Shown piece after piece: positions 1 through 10,244 of a DNA stretch of 64,000 nucleotides. A program made the translations under genes and the position numbers. The DNA comes from an uncultured delta proteobacterium. GTDB taxonomy: Bacteria > Desulfobacterota > Desulfomonilia > UBA1062. The DNA is taken from positions 84,085 to 148,084 of the forward strand of contig CAWKAM010000017.1 in NCBI GenBank assembly GCA_963847605.1. The letters are read 5' to 3'. Positions within the stretch are counted from its first letter, which is position 1. Each line of letters starts with the position of its first letter. A model generated the notes under the pieces. It was not told the DNA's origin and did not search any database. It saw only the letters and a program-made list of their open reading frames with translations.

Positions 1-517
1 GGCTTGACATAAGTTGGGTTTATAAAAGGATTTATTATAAGTATTTCATCAAAATAAATAGTATAACTAGTCACACTTCTAATAATCGTTCTTGGATCAA
101 CTAATCCTGTATAAAGCGCCCTTAACACTTTTTGATCAGGGCGCGGCAACAAATCAACGACATTTGTTCCCTTTGGCCACAAAGCTTCATAAGCTCTGTG
201 GATATCTTTTACCTGCTTATCGCTTAATTCTCTGCGGACATCTTCCCAAGTTCTTCCTTTAGTCAAACCCAGAATATTTGTGATTATCCAGTAAAACTTA
301 AGATTTCTCTCCCTAATACTCAGTTCAGTAGTCAAGGGCATGTCAGCAGAGTCTTTGTCTTGACAACACTTTTTATATTTTTTGCCACTGCCACAAATAC
401 AAGGCTCATTAGGGCCAATTTTACCTTTACGCTCTGGCTTCTTTAAGTAAGGCAACTCTCCAACCGTACGCCCAAATGCATCCTGGTAATGGGTTGTTCC
501 ATCTTTATATCCAATGT
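1..517 (-). pseudogene. C-terminal part of IS-interrupted DUF4238/SEC-C protein (runs off the window start)
   Basis: Minus-strand frame reads YKDGTTHYQDAFGRT...KIGPNEPCICGSGKKYKKCC (SEC-C motif) and is open to position 1; it joins the 1843-2422 part in frame when the IS and one target duplication are removed. Confidence 0.85.
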
Positions 518-1842
518 CACTACTGTCCGGTTAATCCGTGAATAGATTCAATTGATTAGGAGGATCGGCCTGATTGAAAGTGTAGTCGAAGTTGGTAAGT
601 ATCTGCAATAAGGGAGCTTTTTCGAACAAGGTGACGCTCAGGATTTGTAGAATTGTGTAGAGTTCGAGATTGAGATGTAAACGCTTTTTCATGATTGCCA
701 CCAGCACGTAGATGGATACTGCTATCCAGATTTGAGTCTTCACGGCATTTTCACTGGTGCCGAAGAAGGCCTTGATACGCAGATGCTGTTTGATCCATTT
801 GAAGAAGAGTTCGATCTTCCAGCGGCATTTGTACAGTTGAGCGATAGTCAGTGCGGGGAGCATGGAATTATTGGTCAGAAACACCAGCCGTTTGCTTGTT
901 TCACTGTCATAGAACTTAATTCTCCTGATTTTGTCCGGGTAATCCTGAGCGGTACAGAAGCCAGTGAATACGCCGGTCTGATCGCAGATCAGACCGCATG
1001 CACGGTCGACCTCATGAGAATACAATCGCTTGAACTGGGTATTGCTTTTGGCCCGGATGATAAAGAAGGCCTGAGAGAGATGGATCTTGTAAAGCCTGGA
1101 GAAATCGAGATAACCACGGTCCATAATGTAGAAAGAGCCGGCTTCGGGGAGTAGATAATCGAGAATATTGACGTCATGAACTTTCCCATCGGTGATGAAT
1201 GCGATGGCAGGAATGCTTCCTCGCAGATCAAGCAGGGTATGGAGTTTGACTGCCGCTTTCGTCTTGCGGAAGTGCGCCCACGGGAACAGAGACAGGCACA
1301 AGTCGATGGTGGTGGAGTCAAGTGCATAAACAGTTTGCTCCAGTTCCAGTCCGAAGTCGTCCTTGGCATAGAGCCTTCGTGCCTGGGATATCAGCACCTG
1401 GGCGAAATCGGCATAGATACGCCAGTCCCGTTTCTCATTGGCCTCGGCCAAGGTGCTTCGAGCGATACTTCCACGAATGCCCATGTGGTAACGTCTGGTC
1501 GGGATAGCCCGCAGACAGGCTTCGATATCACGCAAGCTTTCTCGATAGGTCAATTGAGCGAAGGCCATGCAGAGGTACTGATCCCAGCAGGTGAAGACTT
1601 TGGTGTGTTTGTTTCCCTGGTATCGCTCAACACACCGGCGAAAGTCGTATATGGGCAAGAAATCCATGAGCTGTGTAAAAATAGTTCTTCCGGAATTCAT
1701 CGGCCACCTCCCACCAGATGTCCCGGTGAGTATGGCCGATGGGGTTACGAAATTTCAAATCGATAAATGCTGGAAAAGGGTGTAGAGCTAGTGACCATGG
1801 TATTTTATGTAGTGTTACAATAAATTATTCCGGACAGCAGTG
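518..1842 (-). mobile_element. IS4-family insertion sequence, 1325 bp
   Basis: Terminal inverted repeats CACTACTGTCCGG (518-530) and CCGGACAGCAGTG (1830-1842), 12/13 match; 9-bp direct repeat ATCCAATGT at 509-517 and 1843-1851. Confidence 0.95.
531..1700 (-). CDS. IS4-family DDE transposase (DUF4372 N-terminus)
   Basis: 389 aa; LDSTTIDL, MDRGY and YKCRWKIELFFKWIKQ (YREK) motifs. Confidence 0.95.
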   Translation of the reverse strand: MNSGRTIFTQLMDFLPIYDFRRCVERYQGNKHTKVFTCWDQYLCMAFAQLTYRESLRDIEACLRAIPTRRYHMGIRGSIARSTLAEANEKRDWRIYADFAQVLISQARRLYAKDDFGLELEQTVYALDSTTIDLCLSLFPWAHFRKTKAAVKLHTLLDLRGSIPAIAFITDGKVHDVNILDYLLPEAGSFYIMDRGYLDFSRLYKIHLSQAFFIIRAKSNTQFKRLYSHEVDRACGLICDQTGVFTGFCTAQDYPDKIRRIKFYDSETSKRLVFLTNNSMLPALTIAQLYKCRWKIELFFKWIKQHLRIKAFFGTSENAVKTQIWIAVSIYVLVAIMKKRLHLNLELYTILQILSVTLFEKAPLLQILTNFDYTFNQADPPNQLNLFTD

Positions 1843-2687
1843 ATCCAATGTATATTTCTCCTCCAAAATGATGCAGTTCATTCTTCGGAGGTAAAAGAAC
1901 CTGTTTCAATTGTGACCAACTCTCTAAAATATCAACTTCAGGAAACAACCACTCTTTTTTAGAAGCCGCTATATATTTACGTGATCGAGCTTTTAAAATA
2001 TAATTGATTGTCTGTACTTCTTTTTCTTTTAGCTTCCGAGAACGGATCATCGCATCAATGCGAGAAATAGTTTGTCCGAAATGTCGCGCATTTGTTCTAT
2101 TAATAAGCAAGTCCTTAGAGAGTGGATTTTGAGCATATTCCAAATTAGTTAAAATCAAGCAATGGTTAAGATCAAGCGGGAAGATTGTTTGAGATCCTTT
2201 AAAGGAAATATCAGGATCATTGGGATATTTACAGTAAATTGAATTTGGAGGACAATCAGGGTTGTATATTGTGATGGGATGATCTGTTATTAGAAATTTA
2301 ATATCCGAATCTTCCGCTGAGACTATTTCACGAACTGCTTCTACCCACATCGTACAATGCATTTGCCTAATTTGCTGCATTTCAACCATTATCAACAAAT
2401 GCACGAATTGCTGAAGATCCATCAGTATCTATTGCACCGAACAAATATCTTTCAATCTCATCATTAACAAAACCAAAGAATGATGTTGTGTACAAATCAT
2501 ATTCATAAAAACATTGTTGAGGCGTCCACCAGTGAAGATTATTCATCATCACTGTACTTCCGTTAGGCAAATTTCTTGACGCAGGCCAAAGATCTAGACA
2601 ACACAACTTTGTGTTTGCTGGCAAAAGAAATCTTTTTTGATACCATTTGGGGATATAATGATTTCGCCTAGTTATTGACATTCGCAT
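1843..2687 (-). pseudogene. N-terminal part of DUF4238-domain protein, frameshifted near 2390 and IS-interrupted
   Basis: Starts RRNHYIPKWYQKRF (DUF4238-like); second frame has FLITDHPITIYN and TIFPLD; the tail of ORF 1805-2422 is read-through into the IS end. Confidence 0.75.
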
Positions 2688-2941
2688 TTTTTTCCAAATT
2701 TTCTAATCATATATCCCTGATGTAAAATAATTACTATATAGCAAAAGGCAGCAAATGCAGAAAAAGGTAGCTTCCATAGACCTGAAAAACTGATGATCCC
2801 CTCCTCATAAGATCTACAAAAATCAGCATAACAAAGTAATTAAGAGACCCCCCTTCCCGGGGGCCTCAACTACCCCATACGATAAGTTTTGATTAACCGT
2901 TCTTCACGTATTCCATATCAAATCCCAATATGGGAAGCATC

Positions 2942-3205
2942 TCAATGCACTGTATCAGGTGCTTCAATAAGCAGGAAATAAACCATTGATTGCGTCTTTT
3001 CAGAACAGTGTTCGAGCTTATCCATGATGTACCTGGCTGTATCCGCCGTGCTTCGTAAAGACCAATCATCACACCCCTCATGTGTTATATCACCCTCAAC
3101 TATACCCGCAGATATGCTCAAATTATCCATGACCTCCTGGCTATGAATTCCAGGGTATTGGAGTATATCGGTGCAAAAATCCTTTATGGCAGTCACTTTT
3201 TCCAT
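2942..3205 (-). CDS. hypothetical protein, possibly a fragment
   Basis: 87-aa ORF with an AGGAAGGA-type RBS upstream; no motif recognised. Confidence 0.35.
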   Translation of the reverse strand: MEKVTAIKDFCTDILQYPGIHSQEVMDNLSISAGIVEGDITHEGCDDWSLRSTADTARYIMDKLEHCSEKTQSMVYFLLIEAPDTVH

Positions 3206-3384
3206 GAATGGGTCCTTCCTGATGTCTCAGTTAGAAATGAATATATATGGACAGGGTGCTCTATAATGAATCGGTTGGTTCCCATTACTGAATTATATCG
3301 GAAAGATAATAGGAATATTATAATCAACCTTGCAAAGTAACTTTAACAATCATAGAATCAAATATTATACCAAGAGGAGTTCCC

Positions 3385-3807
3385 ATGCCAAAAAAGTCTC
3401 TGAAATTCGTTCTGATGGTGAATATGGCTCTGGAGATCAAGGGTGATCAGGCACAGGTCGTTGTGAAAAACATCAAGGTAAAGCCATCCATCGTATCTTT
3501 GCCGATCGAGGCTATTTCTGCCAAGAAGAGAAAACGCGCAATAAAGAAGCTCAGCAAATCAATCCATGATATCGTATTAGAGTCTGCAATAAAGGTTTCC
3601 AGGAAAGCGGATGATGGAGTCTTTTCATCGGTGGACCTGTTTAATGTTGCAATCAAGAAATACCCTGAACTGAATAAGAAGAGTTTCAACACCATGGTCA
3701 TATCAGCAGCCCCAGAACATACCTCCTGGAAGTATACTCGCAATGGGAAGGACTTCCTGATCTATCTGGGCAAAGGGAAATATAAGCTGAGGGAAAAGGC
3801 TGAATAA
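3385..3807 (+). CDS. basic hypothetical protein, possible C-terminal winged-helix DNA-binding domain
   Basis: 140 aa, Lys-rich, RBS GAGGAG; ends in a wing-like [13 protein letters not shown]. Confidence 0.6.
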   Translation: MPKKSLKFVLMVNMALEIKGDQAQVVVKNIKVKPSIVSLPIEAISAKKRKRAIKKLSKSIHDIVLESAIKVSRKADDGVFSSVDLFNVAIKKYPELNKKSFNTMVISAAPEHTSWKYTRNGKDFLIYLGKGKYKLREKAE

Positions 3808-3874
3808 GGTATCAGTTGTCATCTATACAAAAGCATTAGGTCTCCATCAATCCAATACATACGAGGAGGAACTC

Positions 3875-4150
3875 ATGACAAAAACGGATTTAGTTGATGT
3901 TATTGCAGGCAAGGTAAAGATATCCAAAGCAGCTGCACAACTAGCGGTTGATGCCCTTACAGATTCAATTACCGGTGCTCTTAAGAAAGGCGATAAGGTC
4001 ACTTTAATAGGTTTCGGGACCTTTGATGTCGCCAAGAGAGCAGCCAGGGAAGGCGTAAATCCTCAGACCCTTAAGAAGATAAAGATTAAGGCAAGGAAGG
4101 CTCCTCGTTTCAAGGCAGGCAAATTACTGAAGGACGCAGTTAACAAATAG
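3875..4150 (+). CDS. hup: HU family DNA-binding protein
   Basis: MTKTDLV...[12 protein letters not shown]...AREGVNPQT...[14 protein letters not shown]; RBS GAGGAGG. Confidence 0.95.
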   Translation: MTKTDLVDVIAGKVKISKAAAQLAVDALTDSITGALKKGDKVTLIGFGTFDVAKRAAREGVNPQTLKKIKIKARKAPRFKAGKLLKDAVNK

Positions 4151-4219
4151 GACCGAGAAGAAGCAATCCAAGAAATTTTGATAAGTTGGAATTAATCTAT
4201 AATTAGAGGAGGATTAATA

Positions 4220-4654
4220 ATGAAACAGTGCCCTCAATGTGGCTCTTCTGTTACCAATACAACAGAAGAATGTCCAACATGTGGACAGAATATTAAAGAT
4301 GTTCCTATTGGTTCATCAAATATTGAGAATAGTGGCACCCCAATTGTAACTCATAATAATCAGAACAAATATACTTCCACAACATATACATATACTTCAA
4401 GATACGGGACGGCACGAACATTGGGTATGGTTGTCTCATTTGGAGGGTGGTTTATAATTGGTATCAGTGCGCTCATTTTTCTTGTGAGCTTAGGCAAGAT
4501 GCATGAGTTCGGTGGAGGTATGTCATTAATGATATCTTTAGCGGGAATAATTGCGGGACTGCCCCTAGTTCTTTTCGGTCAGGTAACTCAAGCTGTGGTA
4601 GACACGGCAGACCATTTGGGAGAAATACTTGCCATTATGAAGGCAAAACAATAA
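4220..4654 (+). CDS. zinc-ribbon membrane protein
   Basis: CPQC...CPTC N-terminus, two hydrophobic segments, RBS GAGGAGG. Confidence 0.75.
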   Translation: MKQCPQCGSSVTNTTEECPTCGQNIKDVPIGSSNIENSGTPIVTHNNQNKYTSTTYTYTSRYGTARTLGMVVSFGGWFIIGISALIFLVSLGKMHEFGGGMSLMISLAGIIAGLPLVLFGQVTQAVVDTADHLGEILAIMKAKQ

Positions 4655-4665
4655 CAATAAAGTTT

Positions 4666-5067
4666 TCAGCCCTTGAAGCGGGAGAAAACACCATTAATCA
4701 CTTCCTCAAAATCCCCATCTGGATGGACCACGAAATGACCCTGATGGGATCCATGCGTATCTTCTAAACGGTAATGTATTTGCAATGGATATTCATTCTC
4801 CAAATAGAAAACAAGCTTGGATTCATTGTTTGTGAAGGTCATGACATCCTGGAGATTTGTGTTTGGTATTTCCTTGAATTTATTGTCTTTGATGTAATCT
4901 CTACAAAGGGGTATGAAGTATTCTTCAAGAAACATATCTGAAATCTTCTTGAGCTTCCGTTGATTTTTGAAATACTCATCTTTCCATTTCAAGTGGTTTA
5001 CCTTATCCCTGAAGGTTTTATCCTGAGACTTCTCAATTACTGCACGATCTGTGATTTCTCTAGCCAC
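4666..5067 (-). CDS. hypothetical protein
   Basis: 133-aa ORF in AT-rich DNA; start uncertain. Confidence 0.5.
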   Translation of the reverse strand: MAREITDRAVIEKSQDKTFRDKVNHLKWKDEYFKNQRKLKKISDMFLEEYFIPLCRDYIKDNKFKEIPNTNLQDVMTFTNNESKLVFYLENEYPLQIHYRLEDTHGSHQGHFVVHPDGDFEEVINGVFSRFKG

Positions 5068-5267
5068 AGAAATAACAGCAACGGTTACTGAAACACTGCA
5101 CTAGATATACATAGCGTCATAATTGATTGCGTATAGCTGAAAATCTCTTTCTGAGTTCTAAAAAGCATTATATGCAATTTCATCTGACGTTGTGTATAGT
5201 GACAGAAGATCTTATCCAGTTGAATCAGGTTGTTTTATCAACCTTAACCCCCTTATAGAATAATGAC

Positions 5268-5702
5268 TTATGTCTTACTTTCCAATTTTTCTTTGATATT
5301 CGTGAGGCCCATTTCTGTCTCTCGTTCGTTCCTCTTCATGAGCACTTTCTCTGCCAGTTTGCCCAATACCGGAACCGGGATTTTATAATCGATGTCTAAG
5401 TTCAAGACCGTCACATTATTGCGATGCTCCAAGTTGAATGCCCAGGTACTTTCAACACCCCCTTTAGATTCAACCACGATCTGTTTTTCAGGGATATCTT
5501 CCTTGAACGTGGATTCTCCATTTAATTTAATCCCTGCCATCTTGTAAGTCCATTTGAAATGTTTCCCGACACCAGTACCTGTTACATCCTTAACGTCTAT
5601 CATGCTCGTAATCCATTCAGGGTCCTTCGTTGGATCATCTATATAAGCATAAACCTCTTTAATTGGCGCATTGATCTCAATACTTCTATGAATTTTGGTC
5701 AT
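5268..5702 (-). CDS. SRPBCC/START-like (polyketide cyclase/dehydrase) family protein
   Basis: IHRSIEINAPIKEVYAYIDDP...PEW...C-terminal helix; RBS GGGAGGG. Confidence 0.85.
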   Translation of the reverse strand: MTKIHRSIEINAPIKEVYAYIDDPTKDPEWITSMIDVKDVTGTGVGKHFKWTYKMAGIKLNGESTFKEDIPEKQIVVESKGGVESTWAFNLEHRNNVTVLNLDIDYKIPVPVLGKLAEKVLMKRNERETEMGLTNIKEKLESKT

Positions 5703-6253
5703 GATTATTCCCTCCCCTTCCTTTTTTTCTGATATTTGCTGCTCCTTACTTTTTGCTGGTGATTGATTCGATCATTGCCATTGAAAAATAATCTTAAAAT
5801 ACTTCACCCCCTTACATTTTTCATTTGATATAACGCCTCTTATTCTAAAGGTTTTCTGGGTGTGGTGAGGATTGGAACATAAACAATGAATAATTAAAAA
5901 AGTTCAGTAGATAGCATTTATAATAAATCAAAATGTCTATTGTTTTGACCTTATAATAATACTTCTGTCTTAATGAAAGTCAATAAGTGTGGATGCAATA
6001 TTCGTATGCATGGACTGAAGCTCTTGTGCCAAAATCAAAGCCTGGGTTGAAGTTCTCGATACATAGATCTCATGATAACCAATGCTTCGCCTACACTGAA
6101 TGTTTTGTGCGAAAATATCTATTAGCTATGTGAAGAATTAAACCATCAACTATAAGTTCAGATAATATCCCGGAATACCAAGCTGTATTAATGAATCTTA
6201 ACTACCTAATCTTCAATGTAAGATCGGATTTTGGCTATTATACGTTATTTCTA

Positions 6254-6367
6254 TCAAGGATTTCTTTTGGGCTGCTTATCAAGCTTGATTTTTGACTTTT
6301 GTTTCTGTTTTTCGGCGTTCTGTTTCCGACCCTTTTCCTTATCTTTCTTGCCGCCCTTGTCTCCCAT
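6254..6367 (-). CDS. 37-aa Lys-rich small protein
   Basis: MGDKGGKKDKEKGRKQNAEKQKQKSKIKLDKQPKRNP*, strong RBS GAAGGAG; too short for the ORF track. Confidence 0.65.
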   Translation of the reverse strand: MGDKGGKKDKEKGRKQNAEKQKQKSKIKLDKQPKRNP

Positions 6368-6457
6368 TACGTTTCTCCTTCATTATTAATTGTAATCTTG
6401 CATACTTTTCAAAAACCGTGAATTCCGCTTTCAGGAAGTACATCATCCGGATGAACC

Positions 6458-6751
6458 TTATTTGTCATCACTGTCAACCAATTTTGCCTTCAAGACATCA
6501 GATACGGAGAAGGTAACAATACGCCTTGGGGATATAATCAGTTCTTCGCCGGTCTTTGGATTACGACCTCTTCTCGCTCGCTTTTCTCTTACACTGAATT
6601 TGCCAAAACCGGAGAAATTTATATCCTCGCCCCTGCTCAGATTGGAATTGATAATCCCAATGAAAGTTTCGACACCTTCAGATGCAGTTACTTTATCCAG
6701 ACCTGTGTTCACGAGTATATCCTCGATAATATCCTCTTTGGTCAGATTCAT
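6458..6751 (-). CDS. ihfA: integration host factor alpha-like protein
   Basis: MNLTKEDI...SGFGKFSVREKRARRGRNPKTGEELIISPRRIVTF; start placed at the ATG after RBS AAGAGGAG. Confidence 0.9.
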   Translation of the reverse strand: MNLTKEDIIEDILVNTGLDKVTASEGVETFIGIINSNLSRGEDINFSGFGKFSVREKRARRGRNPKTGEELIISPRRIVTFSVSDVLKAKLVDSDDK

Positions 6752-7049
6752 ATGGTCTCCTCTTAAGAATGAAATTCTCACCGTGTTTATAAGGAATATA
6801 CCATGTCTCAATATTCATGGGTATCTTATCAATATGTAAGATAACATTCCATAGGTCATCTTAAAAATAACGCACAGCGGTTCGTTTTTTTAGTCATCAT
6901 CCCACCTATCCATCCACATAAAACCATACCTCCATATATATTAATCATTGAAATGACTAACTAATTTGTATCATCCAGTCATTCTATTACTCCCCCATCC
7001 TGATTTTCCCTACACTTTCCCCTCTTCAAAAAAACCGGAGGATTTGTGA

Positions 7050-7572
7050 ATGGAACCAGTAACCCAGCAAGAAATTGAGATCAGACGAGAGAAAGTCTTT
7101 GTACCAAGTGATATGTCCGTAAAAGAGATCATGGCGAAATATGGTCTTTCAGACAGCGTTGCCAGGAGATCCTTGAAAAGAGGCTGGTTCATTAAGAACT
7201 ACGGCAGAAATCAAGTAATCATAGACCGTGAGCATTTCAATCCGGAGACATCGTATAGTATTGCAAAACAGGTCTTCTATAAGAACTTCAGGAAAAACCC
7301 AGTGGCCCTCACTATCAAGGAGGATCTGATCCAGGAAGTGGTTGCACTCATGTTTATGCAATCGGGGAAAATAAAGGAAGGGTCTAATAAGAAATACAAT
7401 GATAGATGATAGATATGGGTACTGGTGGACCGCCCACAATGCAATCTTATCTTACTTAACGAAGTGGATTCGACAGACACGGTATGATGTTCAGCTTGAG
7501 GATGATATTCATCCATTCATGACCAGGGGCAATAGAAGGTACTCACCCCAATTTGGATGGATATATTGTTAA
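7050..7572 (+). pseudogene. sigma-70 region-2-like protein split by a 7-bp tandem duplication
   Basis: GATAGAT x2 at 7401-7414; removing one copy gives a 171-aa ORF containing EDLIQEV...RYGYWWTAHNAILSYL. Confidence 0.55.
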
Positions 7573-7596
7573 CACCAGGAGGGATGGTTGGGATCT

Positions 7597-7621
7597 TTCA
7601 AGACTCTTCAGGAGTCTTGAA
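7597..7621. terminator. perfect hairpin, probable terminator
   Basis: TTCAAGACTC-ttcag-GAGTCTTGAA just after the restored stop codon at 7572. Confidence 0.45.
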
Positions 7622-7992
7622 CATGAGGATTAACCATAAGGTCAGCGTTCATCCTATTGAGGGATATGGAGGGGGATCTTTATACATAGGGTGTTCGCTG
7701 GCTTTCTTTATTCAATGGGAAAAATGCCGAAGTCGGCGTTTTTGTGGAGATGTGTAAGGACACTACCGATACCTGAGAGCTCAAATAACTGGTCTATAAT
7801 CGTCCTGAGCAAGAGTTCAATCATTAACAGACCTCATTAGATGGGGAGAGTGCCAAAACCTTTTCTGCTCGAATTAGGCGATCTTATAAATACCAAAAAC
7901 TCATGTCATAAACATCTACTTATAAAGTATGAATCTAATGCAATTTAAATAACTCTAAATGTTAACAATATAATTATGGAAGGGTGATAATC

Positions 7993-8220
7993 ATGGCTAC
8001 TCGTGGAAGGAAACCGTTAAGTTTGAGGAGTGATGATAAGGCATCAAAGCTCATCAAAAGGAACTATTATCTTGATGAACGATATGTAAAGGCTCTTACG
8101 GTACTTTCTGCAATAACGGGTAAAGAGCTCTCTCTTCTTGTTAATGAGGCTCTTGGCTTGCTGATTAAGAAATACCAACCAAAGACTGAGATCAACCTTC
8201 TCGATTTGAAATCGATTTAA
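7993..8220 (+). CDS. ribbon-helix-helix DNA-binding protein
   Basis: KRNYYLDERYVKALTVLSAITGKELSLLVNEALGLLIKKY fits a beta-alpha-alpha RHH pattern. Confidence 0.7.
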   Translation: MATRGRKPLSLRSDDKASKLIKRNYYLDERYVKALTVLSAITGKELSLLVNEALGLLIKKYQPKTEINLLDLKSI

Positions 8221-8391
8221 AGACAAGATTAGTAGGGTTGTTCCCAACGATACAATTAACCATACCATTTCAACTGCTCTTTTGACGATAAGGTCATAGA
8301 TATTCAATATGGGGAAAGCGTTGTGAATGTGCGCTTGATTTTTAGAAAAGAGCCCTCGGATAAAGGTTTGTTTGCGTTTACTAGAATTATG

Positions 8392-9504
8392 CTACTCAAT
8401 TCTTTCTATTGTATATCTTAATTCCTTCTGAACCTTATCTGCTTCTGGCGACAAGTGGCATTTTCTGTGACAGTTGGGGCATAACGCTATAGTATTCTCA
8501 ATAATATCTGAACCACCATCAGCAAGGGAAACAACATGGTGTTCTTCCAAAAACCATTCCCCCAACCTGTTACGAAATGGACCAGGTTTTTTGCATAGCT
8601 CGCATGTCCCATTTGCATTTTGCAGAACCCAAGCTTTAACCAGAGGATCTTTCTCATAAGTTGTTTGAGATGATTGTTGCTTTTGGGGGTTTCTTTGTCC
8701 CTTTGGCTTTCCAGTTAGTTTTTTCCCAAGAAGAGATCCTACTCTTTTGTCTAGTTCGTATTCATCAGCTGTTGGGGAGTAATCCCTCTCGTTAAGAAAT
8801 TTCCTGTTAAAGATGATCTTCTTGATCCTCTCCGAGACATTCGAACCGACATTCATCCTTGGAAGATATCCTTGAATAATCGGGTGACACAACTCCTGAA
8901 GTACCGAAGAAATGTTCTGCATTCGGAATTCAATAGAGCCCCTGCTTCTATTCATAAGTTCTAAACTGCGTAGCTGCCTATTTACCTCAGCCTTGTTATA
9001 TTTTTTACCTCTGAGCTCTTTGTTCAACATTGTGAAATAGGCATAGATTGCATCTTCAAGTTCTTGGTCTGTCCAGTCTATTGACTTCGAATCAATATCC
9101 TCATGAGAGGTCGTGGATTCAATCAGATCAATCTTATACAAATCTTGTTGTGTGCGCTCGAAACGCATCACTGGATTATCATCATCAAACTCTTCATTTA
9201 AGGCATGCTTTCTGTAGATGTACGGGAATCGTTCAATAAGTTGATCTGCGAAGTCGGTCTTCCAAAATAATCGATACCTCGAATTCATTGCATCCATGTG
9301 AATATGAGCTTCATAGATATTAGTACCCAACATTAATTGAATTGGCTTAGGTACAAGGAGGCCATTTTCTGGCAATTCAAAGAAGGAAGCTATTTCTTTT
9401 GGGATGCCTGTTCCATGGTGCAAGAATGTCGATTTATCCATGTGCTTCAGAGCAACATCATCGGATAAGACATCCCAGGAGTAAGCTGAGGATGGATAAT
9501 TCAT
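8392..9504 (-). CDS. McrA-like HNH endonuclease with N-terminal accessory domains
   Basis: C-terminal ANGTCELC...FLEEHHVVSLADGGSDIIENTIALCPNCHRKCH. Confidence 0.85.
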   Translation of the reverse strand: MNYPSSAYSWDVLSDDVALKHMDKSTFLHHGTGIPKEIASFFELPENGLLVPKPIQLMLGTNIYEAHIHMDAMNSRYRLFWKTDFADQLIERFPYIYRKHALNEEFDDDNPVMRFERTQQDLYKIDLIESTTSHEDIDSKSIDWTDQELEDAIYAYFTMLNKELRGKKYNKAEVNRQLRSLELMNRSRGSIEFRMQNISSVLQELCHPIIQGYLPRMNVGSNVSERIKKIIFNRKFLNERDYSPTADEYELDKRVGSLLGKKLTGKPKGQRNPQKQQSSQTTYEKDPLVKAWVLQNANGTCELCKKPGPFRNRLGEWFLEEHHVVSLADGGSDIIENTIALCPNCHRKCHLSPEADKVQKELRYTIERIE

Positions 9505-10244
9505 ATTGTGTCCAATATTTCCAAACTAATTCATATTTAAGAACCATCAAAATATTGCTGTCAATCTGATACTTTTTCACAACGACTAAATATTCAATAG
9601 ATGTGTATCAAATCAATATCAATTGTATACCTCTTCGATAGCTCATCGGTTCTATCTCCATGCAGTCAACCAGAGATCTCGGAATAATTTATCCGTTCCA
9701 GGCCAGTTCAAGTTTATACCAAGGCGGCACAGTTCAAGGGATTACCGGCGGACAGCAGTTATAAGCTCCAGAAAGTCGGTGGGACGATACTGGGAATGGT
9801 GAAGTAAGTGGCAGACAGAGGGTCAGATTACATCGGGATGGTGTGAGCTGACTCTCTGTGTTCGATGGGAGTGATTACTTGATCTCTTTTTACATATCAA
9901 TATCTCATTTGGATTATAGCAGAGTGAAGATTATGGTTACATATATTCAGTATGGGCAAAGCGGAGGAGATGGCACGAAATCTTCGATTTACGAAGTAAC
10001 AATAAACAGCAATCATCTTCCATGTTAAGAGAATTAATTTACTCATCATATTGGATTGTTACATGAGCATATATTGATAACTTCTGATAAGAACTATGTT
10101 TGAATGATGGCATTTTAATTGCTATATAATTAAGTGGGTTACTCTATCACGGTATGCAACTTCACTGATGGGGAAACCCTTTAGTAACCAAGAAACATTA
10201 CATCTATGAAAGCTTATTTCAGCTTTATTAGAGGAGGATTAACT

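Noticed and set aside
9600-9900. Coding-like stretch (KGLPADSSYKLQKVGGTILGMVK*)
   Set aside because: No start or recognisable family; probably a gene remnant
10141-10200. GAAA-capped hairpin (GGGGAAACCC) as a c-di-GMP riboswitch
   Set aside because: The second stem and conserved flanking motifs were not found; a cmscan would be needed
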